Source: Trichoplax adhaerens
Lineage: Eukaryota > Animalia > Placozoa
Assembly: GCF_000150275.1 (NCBI RefSeq)
Contig: NW_002060946.1
Location: 3,739,454-3,803,453 of the forward strand
Direction: 5' to 3'
Length of the DNA stretch: 64,000 nucleotides
Shown here one piece after another: positions 12,683-24,193 of this stretch. The notes below the pieces were generated by a model. The model was given only the letters and a program-made list of their open reading frames with translations, did not search any database and was not told the origin of the DNA. The position numbers and the translations under genes were made by a program. Within the stretch, counting starts at the first letter, position 1. Each line of letters starts with the position of its first letter.

Positions 12683-13107
12683 CTAAGTAGCGATCAATGA
12701 GTCGACGATATCCAAGTACACTACAACTAGTCATACAGTACTGTAACTACGGCATTGTCAGTTTACTGATGACGACATACTGTACTCTGGAACTCTACGG
12801 TATTCAAACCAATGGAGAACCCGATTTAATTATAACACCATATTGACAATATTGAATTGGCAGCGATGGTACTGAGTTCAATAAGGCAAAATTTTCTTTC
12901 TTTTACAAGGGAAAATCATCAATAAAAACGCTATGACGAACACATTCATTGTACAATCACTACAATGGTCGTGTCAACCGAATACGAAGTGATCGTACGT
13001 AATCGAACAGCACGAGCGAATCGATACTTCAGGCGTCAACTATTACTGTGCATTGACTGTAGGGATGTTATTTTTACAGTTGCTAAATTTGTATTCTGTT
13101 AGTAAAT

Positions 13108-13192
13108 GGATCTGATATAGGCTTGGACAAAATATTGTACATAGACGAGCGGATCTGATATAGGCTTGGACAAAATATTGTACATAGACGAG
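13108..13192. repeat. Perfect 42-bp direct duplication (period 43)
   Basis: GGATCTGATATAGGCTTGGACAAAATATTGTACATAGACGAG at 13108-13149 and 13151-13192. Confidence 0.92.
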
Positions 13193-14663
13193 TAATTACA
13201 GCAATTCAGACCGGTTATAAATTACAGTATCTTGACCACGGATTATTGCAGCTTTTATGGCTACCTTTCATACAGCCATAGACTACAAGAAAAAGATCCA
13301 GCTCTTGTAGTCCATACAGTACACTGATGAAACACTGCTGTAAATTGCAAAATGTGATCCTTAGTACAGTATCATGCAGAGTCTACTAATCCGTCTATTC
13401 TACATACTGTGCAATAAGTTGATGAAAGTATACTGTATACAGTACGTGCAGAGGTATACGAGTGCTGATTATTGCATTGGAAAAAGCCTGTCCCAAAATC
13501 CAAAATTGATCTCTTTACAAGTCGCTAATAATAACCGTCAAACGAATACATACTGACACATAAATAAACAGGTTGATCAATTAGCTAAAGTCTAGAGTAA
13601 AAAACTACCCATTTAATTGAACAGCTGACTGAAAGGTGCGATATACTGGACGATTATTTGCGCAGTAACTTCGGCCTGCAACTGTAAATCGTTTAAGAGC
13701 TAGGATTAATTAATTCATTCATTAATATTAATAAAATGTTGCCACTATTTACTTCAGAGTACAGTAATAAGTGTCACAAATATCACAATACTGTACAGTA
13801 CTTCAAGTGACGAACTTGCAAGTAGTATAGCCTACTACGCAGCAGTACGGTGTTTAAGGCATGGTTCAAACTCAATTCATAATATGCCTACTAATTGGAA
13901 CTTTTAGCAAACGCAACTCGTATACGTATGTTACGAAATGAGATTTTCCTTGGTTATGCTGATACAGTTTCTACATTATAAGTTCATTACAACTTTAACT
14001 TATTCTGTTTGGCTATAGAAACATAGTCAGTTAAGCATAAAATTTACAGCATGGAAGTCCATAGATGAGTTTCGAAAACGTAACAACGCATCATTGCTAA
14101 CTACAGACAGTCCTGAATCAATCAATCCATCAGCCTATGTTGTAGTAACGCATACTAATGCATTCAACATACCTATCGGTGTATTTAATTTCAGCTAAAT
14201 AAATTTTATTACAAGAACAAAATTTCCTATACGGTCCTTGAGATGACCAATCAATCACTAGAACTTGATGAAATACAGGCTAGCTATTTATATCAAACGT
14301 TTGATTAGCTAAACGCAGGTCTATCATGTCATGTTCACATAATGAAATACACGAAAATGCTAGTATAATTCTGCTTATATGAAATCTACCATGTTATCCT
14401 ATCACGCGAGAGTACAGGACTCTAATTTAGAGCACTGTATTTTCTGATTTAACTCACTTACAGTACATAGATACGCTAATTACAGAATGGATTATATAGG
14501 ATAATACAAACCATGCGCATTTGAAAGATTTTAAGGATTACGTTACTGAACATTACAGTTTCAAATATACATGATTTCATCGAAAATTTTTATAGCTGTT
14601 AATATTTGCATAATTAATAAAATTTCAATTGGAAATTACTTTTCAGAATACAGTACCACGAAT

Positions 14664-17600
14664 TTACAAGTCCGCATTCCTAATAAATCGATTTCCTTCC
14701 GAATGTCGCCCGAAATAAACATAGCGAGAAGTTCCAAAGGTTCCTGATGATTATAATTAAGTAATAAGATTAATTTCATACTCAAGGCAAAATAACCTAC
14801 ACATGATATAAACAAAAACAATACCTCTATGATCAGTTTCTTTAGCAGCTTGAGGCAAAGGTGTATAATCCAAATCTTCTGGACTAGCATCACTCTAAAT
14901 ATTAAAGGTTACAAAATACAAGATATTTATACAAATTATGAAGCGAATGGATACGCAGTATACTCAAGGTACGCCATAAGTAATCATGCTAAAGAGAGAG
15001 TACTTGTGTTATGATAGGCTTTTTCTTTGTAAGAAAGGGGGCTATTTTCGAAGCTTGTTGTCTTTCTTGTGCTGTAATTGGCCTAGAATCTAGGAAACGG
15101 AGCTTCTGTAGTCTAAGAATAATCAAATACCTAGGATACCAGATGAACAAGTAGTAGTAAACAAATAAAAATTGAAGCTAACAAAGATTTTAGTGTTGAA
15201 AGTGATTACAAAGTTAGAGCATAAGCAATAGATGAATGTCTACATCGTGATAATACCTATAATTTTGATAATCGTCCTCATCCTCCTCATCACCTGTCAT
15301 ACCATCCGGACATGCTTTATTGTTAAGTAGGCTCAGGAAACTCAGATTAGGAAAACTTTCCGAAATTGTTTGCAACAACATGTCAATATCTTCTATGTAT
15401 CATTAGTTAAGGCAAAAAAGTATATCATTTAGAGATTCTAAATCTTATCTAGAAACACGTTCACTATTGTCAGTTGACTACTTTTCTAACAGCAAAAGCG
15501 AAATAAATTAATGACACGAAGTATTATTGACTTCATTATACAGTAGAGTACATAAAGCAACTGTCATACCATGCTACTGTAGTTAAATTAAAATCGCTGC
15601 TGATCTAAAAATCGAGGCATTTTGGTCTGATACTATCACTACTTGGGCAAATTCTTTCAGATTCTTTTTACGCTATGGAATATTCTCTATTAGACAAAAG
15701 TAATCGAAATACAATACCTAAAATCAACTATGTATTACTCATACTAGATACTGGCACGCAATTTTGCAGTCCATTGCATTATGATGACTTTAAGGATATT
15801 TTATTCTTGTTTAGAGATAAAGTTTCCACGGTAGGTATTGTAGGAAACTGCACAGTTTCGTCTAGCATGTTGTCATCTAAAATTAATTCTCGTAAGGACT
15901 TCCATTGACCAAGATTACTAACATTCCTGTATCATAAATGAAACATAGAATTATGATTTCCGCAGAATTAGTAGGAGTTTAAAAATGATAATAAAAATTT
16001 TTATTTGCAAGCAAGGATAATTAACTTACGTCAAAATGTTATGACTGAGATCCAACGTTTGTACTGTCTCACCGTGATCTTGGCTTAGAGATGCTGGAAT
16101 TTCACTTAAGTCACGGTCAATCATCCGAAGCTATCGGTGAAAATAACCATTACAAAAGAAAGGCATATTTTTAAGATGCTTCGTTACTTTTCATAGAAGA
16201 GTAAAGCTTTCAATAGAGCTAGCGATTAAGCAACAAACTAGTAATTTGATGAGATCCACTTTTGATTGTAAACTGAAATTGCATGCATTAATTATCACTG
16301 ATATTTACTTAGGAAGTACAGTACATGTCAACTGGACTGAAAGTTGCTGGTTAAGTAACGCGTTCAATAGTACTGTATAGCTAAATCAGACTAAATATGC
16401 GAGTTTTGGGGCTTGGCACGAGTAGTATGCACTGTATATGAGTATGTAACTTTAGAATATTTCGATAGTAGAAGACTAGTTAAACTCGCATATCATGCGG
16501 TGTAAATGAGATTGATTAAATTATTAATGTTATACTCTTTGCATAGTTACATAAATGCCAGGGACTAGTCGCTGTAAATGGTCACGAATATAATAAACCG
16601 TTCAATGATATCTTTATAAAAAGCACCGCTACTAGCGTGCATGCTTTTGATAGTGAGCTAAGGGTGGTGGATATCATTTTGCAATATCATATTAATGATA
16701 TGACTTTACGTTAACATATGTTCTAGAGGAAAATGCATAATGTAAATATTAATACTCGTATTCTACACAGGGAAATATTTACAATCAGTAGGACTTTATT
16801 AGATACGCGTACGTTATTCATTGGTTAATGGAATATTGGTGAATATTGTATATATCCAAGCTGTAAAGGTGCTTTGGGGCAAAAATTTTGTTGTACCTGT
16901 GCAATCCCTAACTCTGATCCATTGTGTGATAAATAATATATTAGGTGTTGGAGTCATGAGGTTAGCAGAGATCTTTATCACTTCGCAATATTCATGTGAA
17001 GTGTTACACAGTAAATCGAAAGTACAGTACGATATACAATATTTTGAATAAATCTATTGAATCATATATAAGTTTATAAGAGAAGACTGTAAGCCATTCC
17101 AGATTGGTGCTGTTGTGAATCATGAATGACTATAGACGTCGGCTGAGATATTTATACGGACAATTCTAGGAATCTCTAAGAGGATTTCTGTTGGAAGTTT
17201 CTAACAGTTAATACACATAGTTTACCGTAAATTTAAAATTGTAATGGGCTAATCAGCCTTTCACCTTCATTTGTAGTATTGAAATTAGCACGATTTAAAA
17301 TAGCATCCTATTTTTTTTTACATCAGCTGGTTTACTCCATGTATTTATTTATATAAAATGCTTATTGAGGTGAGCCATTTCAGCTCCCATTGGCAGATTT
17401 GACAACCAGACATGTACACCATACTGTACACTGTACACATTAATTATACAGTAGAAATACGTGAACATTGTATGCTTTAAAATAGGAAATATGCAATTAG
17501 CGTTTTGGTGAAAATTCCAGAAATTAAAAAATACACCACCCAAGGGAGTGCTTTGCACTTTGAGAATTTTGATGTGCTTAAGCTTTGATAACTATGTAGT

Positions 17601-18013
17601 TACTACAGTTGAGTATCATTTATTTGATGATGTCAATATTTTACATGACGCTAGCAGCGATCACCAAGTAGTTCATTCAGGGGCTTCCTAATTACAGTAA
17701 TTAAACTAGAAACTATCAAGCTACAACAATAACATTGACCATTTACAGTAAATGTACAATTGTCATAAGATGAAAACGTAACAAGGTAAAAAACTAAAGT
17801 AAGAAAATACAAGACTGGAGATCAAGATCTTAAATTCATCATGATGATAATAATAATATCTAGGAAGGGTACTGTATAATAAATAGATAATGATATGGTG
17901 GTAATTATTCTGATAACTGTATACTATACTGTGGTACAGTACAGTATACCGGAGTTGATTTCGGTTGAATTACTCACCTCAATTCTTTCATTAACCTCCT
18001 CAGCCGATGCCAT
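14664..18013 (-). CDS. LRMDA: Leucine-rich melanocyte differentiation-associated protein (C10orf11) orthologue, 7 exons, one U12 AT-AC intron
   Basis: Exons 18013-17978, 16130-16030, 15926-15800, 15396-15257, 15130-15004, 14894-14825, 14743-14664 splice in frame: LRRs (TLDLSHNIL, LRELILDDNML, TLSLNKNKI, LSLLNNKACP), LRRcap YRYLIILRLQKLRFLD, YTPLP and the diagnostic C-terminus SRYVYFGRHSEGNRFIRNADL*. Confidence 0.92.
15397..15799 (-). other. U12-type (minor spliceosome) AT-AC intron in LRMDA
   Basis: 5' splice site ATATCCTT (15799-15792); branch point TGCCTTAAC (15414-15406); 3' end ...TGATAC at 15397. Removal joins NKNK|IEDID in phase 0. Confidence 0.93.
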
Positions 18014-18344
18014 GGCTGGGTTTTGAGACGTGGACGGTAAATAAGCCTTGAGTATTTCAATGCCAACTGATAATAACTGTGGAAAAGCTTGAGATAATAT
18101 ACCTAACCGTTGAAACCAGCCTTTTCTTCGTCTCTATGATACTATATATATATTATTTACTTGAACACTACTATATTAGTACCGTAATGGAAATTCAAAA
18201 TTTTTACGCCCAACTCAGCAGGAAAGTTTCTTCACGGGGCATTTACAGTACTGTCCGTTTAATTCACTTTCGTACACCGCGCATGTTATACTAAAACTGA
18301 GAATGAGTAACGTGTTTTGAGTAGGCAAATAAATGGCAGAGTCT

Positions 18345-19268
18345 ACAGTAATACGTACTGTACTGTACTGTGTGAAGGCTGAATGGCTCATGTACTGTAC
18401 AGTACTGTACAGTACGTTATCAGACTTCAGTTCTAACTGCGCCTTGTTCAACCTTTCACTGTACTGTACTGTACCAGAGAGCGTACTGTATGGGTGCGTC
18501 CTGTACTGTACAGTGTACAGTACAGGACGCTGTAACATTTTTATTCTTTTTTATGTATTCTGGGTTTTCTCCTTCCTTTGATCTCTGAATTGCGAATTCT
18601 GAATAATACTGTACAGTACTGCAGCACAGGGAGCGTTTTAGCTAAGACCAGAAATGTACGGTTTACAGCACCGTTTACTTCACGGCTGCAGTTTCCTCAT
18701 ACAGCCCGTACATAGCATCTTACTTCAATCGATGTAACCAGGCGTATATCAAAATTGCCTCTTATTAGCCGCCCTATCTGCGAGTATTGGCAAACCCACA
18801 TAGGACATTAGTCTGCAAATTCATACATACTGTACAGTACTGTACAGTACAGTATGTTACGGATTCAAATAAATAACTTACTTTTAATACAGTATACTGT
18901 ATATTTATAATATATATTTGACCGTGACGTATCTATTATACCGTAACAGCGCGATACACGTCCACTCGTACAATCGCATTAATATGATTTGATATCACAA
19001 TGACACGATACTTGTACAGTACTGTACTAAGTCCTGTGACCATCATGTATTGTACAGCACTGTCATCACAAGACTGAACTCGATACAGTACTGTACAGTG
19101 TACAGTACGAGTTCAGCCATGGACTAGTACTGTGTACTGTACTGTACAGTGTACAGTACTGTACAGTAGATGCACCCTTACAGTATTTTTAATTTACTAT
19201 GCACAGTACAGTACTGTACGCATGTAGAAGAATGTACTGTACACTACTACAGTATAGTGAGTACAGAA
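18345..19268. repeat. Large TACAG/CTGTA cluster region in the divergent LRMDA / H2A.Z intergenic region
   Basis: Sub-clusters at 18345-18525, 18826-18855 (TACTGTACAGTACTGTACAGTACAGTA) and 19013-19268 (e.g. TACAGTACTGTACAGTGTACAGTAC, GTACTGTACTGTACAGTGTACAGTACTGTACAGTA). Confidence 0.8.
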
Positions 19269-20253
19269 AATGGTTGCCAAGGTAAAACCCGTAAAGATCA
19301 TCATCATGCAACTAGTTGCCAACGAGGCAACCACCACTAGTAGAAGCTGGAGAAAGAAGAAAATCAGACCCAGCCTAAAGAATAAAATAAAAAATGAACG
19401 TATACGCTACAGACTTAAACTAAGAATAGTATTCATCATTTCTATGGTCAGTAGTACGTATCAACTCATTTTTCACACTACTGTAGCAATCCATAAATAA
19501 ATGAAATTAGCTTCCGCATAATGCTATCAAAGATCGAGCAGTGGAATCGTGGATTACATCCACATCGATGAAAGCAGGGACGACTGTATTGTATTCATTC
19601 ACCCGCCAAGTTGTGCTTGCTTTGGTCTACCCGCAAATTTGATCTACGTCACTGTAGGCGTAAACATGTTATGATACTGTACATTACTGTATCAGGGCTG
19701 TTTTCCCACAAAAACGACACGAGCACATTGTTGATCAAAATAATGAATTTTTCATGAAAAAAAAGGCGCCTACTTTGCCTGGTGTTTGATGCTACCATGC
19801 CGTAGTAGGAAACGAGTCCAAAATCGAGATGGGTTAACCTACTGTATTCTCCCCTTTCTACTGTCGTCCATGTCTACGCATGTGTACATTCAAATTGGGA
19901 ATGGATTGGAAATTTCCAGGCACCTGATTGGTGGATGAATATCCATGTCGATCACTAACACATTACGGTACCAGGGTACAGTACTGTACCCCGGGTACAA
20001 GCGTACAGTACATTACTGTCATGGAGGTCGAGTAGGAAAAAGGAGTCATGTTGAGGAGTAGACTGTCCAATACATGGCTGTCAAGTACAGCATACAGTAT
20101 AAGGCATTGCCTTGTTCTCCACCACGCTAACCACAATCCAATTCATAGCGTACGGTACGCCTACCGGTACCGTACCGTGCTGCACTCCACGCATAGTAAA
20201 GGTATAAAAAATCAAGACCACGACCAGTGTTATGATTTTTTTCAGTTGATCGA

Positions 20254-20274
20254 TTTGAAGTTTCGGTTGGCGCG
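20254..20274 (+). promoter_or_regulatory. Candidate CHR, Myb and overlapping E2F element in the H2A.Z promoter
   Basis: TTTGAA (20254-20259), GTTT, CGGTTG (20264-20269), overlapping TTGGCGCG (20267-20274), about 70-90 bp upstream of the ATG. Confidence 0.45.
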
Positions 20275-20342
20275 TAAATTCAACTCTTTTATCCTATACT
20301 AAGCTATTACGCTTGATTTTAGCAACCATTCCTTAAGCAAAA

Positions 20343-22445
20343 ATGGTAATGGAATACTTGATTTCTCATTTTAGGATTGTACTTGTATTTTTTTCTTAAA
20401 GAGAATATCTTGCTGACAGATTGTAGTTTATTTTACAACTAAGTTTTGTAAATTCAATTGCGAGTGGAAAAAAATATTGAACGGTTTTGTATCAATCAAC
20501 ATTTTGCCCGCCTTTTTCCATTGACCACTCATGTCTTCTTTTAGGCTGGAGGCAAGGCCGGTAAAGATTCCAAGACTAAAGCTAAGGCAGTTTCTAGGTC
20601 CGCTAGAGCTGGTCTACAGGTAAGAGAAACTCTTTGACTTACTCTGTTATCATTCTATCTTGCTAGTAATGCTCAAGGTAGACTAGTAGTGTTAAAAAAA
20701 AAGTTGGCACAAATTGATTTCAACTTCAGTTCACTTTCCTGACGTATGGGTTCAAAACGCAATTGCGTTCAATAACGCCAAGCGATATACACTTGGATAG
20801 AAGGCGATTTCTCCAATAGAGGATAACTCTGTTTTCGGAAATAGCGTTTTCATATTATTTTAGACCTAATTCGGTTTTTTTTAGAGGGAATAAAGTAGAG
20901 ATATACCCTATCGACTTATTGTACATTAAGATGAAATGATTTACCTTTGAATGAGTGTCATGTACGCTGAGAAAAAAAATTGCATTTAGCGCCCTCATGC
21001 AATGACTGTGTCTTGATTTTTTGGATTTTTGGATTTTCTAGTTCCCTGTTGGTCGTATCCACAGGCATTTGAAGAACCGCACAACTTCCCATGGACGTGT
21101 TGGTGCTACTGCTGCTGTTTACAGTGCTGCTATTTTGGAGTACTTGACCGCTGAAGTAAGTTAATTCTGTTTTTTTCCCCCCCCCCCCCCAAAAAAAAAT
21201 TAAGCAGTGACCGCTATCTTCTAAATGCGAATTTATTCTCAAGATATTCATTACACACTACTAGTAATTCATTTAAGTACAGCATACATTGCCCGATACT
21301 ACCTTTATATTGACAACTATAAACTATAGTGCGCTGTAAGTTCCAGTACGCGCGTAAATTTTGATGTTACGATGAATAGGTTAGCCGCCATCACAATCAA
21401 GACGTTATACTGAGTAAAAAATGTATTTAATCCAGTAGCTTTAAATGCTGGTAACAATCTTTAAAAGTAGATAAACCCTACTTTATTCTCTTTACTAAAC
21501 ATTCATGCTGCGCTCTTTCATCAAGTTACTCTTCTCAATTTGTTCTAACTATCAAAAATCGAATTTTCGACTATATTTTGAATGGCATAATAATCAGTAG
21601 TTTTGATTAGAAATGGTCTTCTAATCTTAGACGTATATGTAAACACGATCGGTACATAACACTTTTACCAAAAGAGAATGTATTGATACAACTAGTGTGA
21701 ACACTGAACGCCGACTTTGTGAATAATTTGCGGCCTATGAATTTACAATATCCCTTTAATACTGTAGATTCATAATATTTCTCAATTCGTATTTAGTGAC
21801 TACTAGCATCAATTCTTCTAAGCCTCCAACAAATTGAAAATAAAGAACTGTAATATTGTGCAGACGTAGATCGTTTATTTAATTGACAGTTAAATAAAAA
21901 AATACTGCAATATTAGCAATATAACAAAGTACAGCCTAGGTGTATGGCCACGATACAATGCAGTACCTATACTCTACTTAAAGAAATGTGACAAGTCTAT
22001 AACGCGCTATTTATAGTTACTATACGTACATTCATGTACATCTTAGTATTTCAATTATACAGTGTCATTTTGATACCCTGACCATTCCAATTTTATATCC
22101 TTTAGGTTCTAGAGTTGGCAGGTAATGCTTCCAAAGATTTGAAAGTAAAACGTATCACGCCTCGCCATCTCCAATTAGCTATTCGTGGTGATGAAGAATT
22201 GGATTCACTGATCAAAGCTACCATTGCTGGTGGTGGTAAGTTTTATGTTTAATACTTGTATCAATACAATAAAAAGTTTATCGTATGTAGAGCTAACAAA
22301 ATAACAATTATCTATAGATTTGGAATCAAATTTCAGTTTCTTGATAATACGAAATATTAAATACGATATTGTTTGTTATATAGGTGTTATCCCACACATC
22401 CACAAGAGTCTGATTGGTAAAAAAGGAGCTAACAAACCTAATTAA
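20343..22445 (+). CDS. H2AZ: Histone variant H2A.Z, 5 exons, 127 aa
   Basis: Exons 20343-20345 (ATG only), 20545-20619, 21042-21155, 22106-22235, 22384-22445: [127 protein letters not shown]. Confidence 0.97.
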
Positions 22446-24193
22446 AGCGATAGCTTTTATCGTAATACTGTATGCTGTGAATTTAGCCAATTCTATTAGT
22501 TTTTACCTCTTCTATACCTCGAATTCCCTTACAAGTGGTATATTACACCTATATTCATGTGCAGTTTGTACAAAACTATCCCTCTCTGGCCTAGAGTGTT
22601 GGATGTTAGTTTAGCACTAATAGGTAGAATATAGTAGCTATCTACGTACAATTTATTTGTGTACTTGGCAAATTTCTGCATCTTCTGTTACCTTGTATTT
22701 AAATTCGTTTCAGTATGTTATCTCTACTACATTTATCATTCGTTACATAATGCGATACTGTCAGACTTCGCCAAATGAAAATCGATAGGCATTAACAGTT
22801 AACTAATTAATTAACGAGACTGTAATAAAGTCTTAATTAAACTAAACCAAACTGTTGATGGGCAGCAGTAATACGGTTAATTCAGTAGATGATGCCTATT
22901 AACTGTGATTCTTATTTAGAAGATAATAAATGCGATTCTATAAGCTTTTAAAATACCACATGACTTTGTTTTCTTTCGATGCGAACAATGTCATACATAA
23001 TGAGGCTTCTTAACAACACGCATAATGCACTATTCGCTTCATCTGATTGGCATTACCAAATTACCATTCATTAGTTTAATTATATCAGATATTCAGCGGA
23101 AATTGTACTGGTGCTTTGGTAGCAGTTTCAATATACAATAACCACACAGTAATTGTTAGGTTAGATATGAAAAATGTTTTTAAGTGCCATTCCAGAAATT
23201 ACTTTAATTCATTCTTAGCAGTTATTATTAGCGTAGCGCCAACTTCAGTCTACGCTCTGTGAAGTGCAAATCTTTGAGGAACACAGTAAGGTTGTCTTAT
23301 TCACTTTTGTATTCTCTTAACAATTGTAAAATTTTGTAAATCAACGATTACGAGACTATGACTACATAGTACAGGACAGTCTTTAGGCCATAATTAATTT
23401 AATTAACTGAAAGACAATCATGCGTACAGTATATTTTTTCTAATTTTTAATCGTGGTTGATGGAAAGCTATAGTTAAAAATTTGAAAACATTCTGTATAT
23501 GTGTTTACAAATTGATTAGCTAGCTATTCATACATGTAAACATTTGCCATTATTAATGTACAAGGCATTTGTATACGAACATTGTGTATAACAGATGAAT
23601 TATGCACACTTGTTACTACTAATTTATGCTAATTATATACGCCGTGAATTAAAAGTGACAGCTTCAATGCTTAACAAAATATACTCATATCGATATCGTT
23701 ATCATAGTAGTGATGTATAATTGATACCGTAGTTTCTGTAGTGGAATTAAAATTTATTGTCATACAAAAAGTAAAACAGATTGCTATTAGTTACATTGCT
23801 GAGAATATTCATAAGATACCGTACTAACTTATTGTAGAAATTTGTTTCTAACTTAAAAAAGATTTAGACCATGAATATCCTTGTTGGATATAACCAACAA
23901 GTTTATAATAGAAATTCATTTCGATCGATTATATTCATTGTTATAAGCGAAAATTTTACAAAATTTATCACAATGTAATAATTTTCAAATAAATTATGCG
24001 AGGTATATTTGGTAACAAAGCCAGTACATATAAGAAACAGTGATAGATCAGTGAATAGCTATCAGTTGTTACTAAGCTAATATGACACTACATTTACAGT
24101 GCCCTACATCTCTTATATGTGACATATTTTTATAAAATAATATCCCAAAATTTTTAAAGCCTATGTAAAACAAAAAAATGCCAAATTTTCGAT

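Noticed and set aside
12690-14600. Possible additional gene between RANBP9/10 and LRMDA
   Set aside because: Only short ORFs without recognisable homology or a consistent exon chain were found. A non-coding transcript cannot be excluded without RNA data.
14636-14893. 85-aa ORF as an independent gene
   Set aside because: It overlaps the last two LRMDA exons in different frames; the homologous reading is the spliced LRMDA C-terminus.
22445-22900. Histone 3' stem-loop after the histone gene
   Set aside because: None seen, as expected for an intron-containing, polyadenylated H2A.Z variant. AATAAA is present at ~22824.
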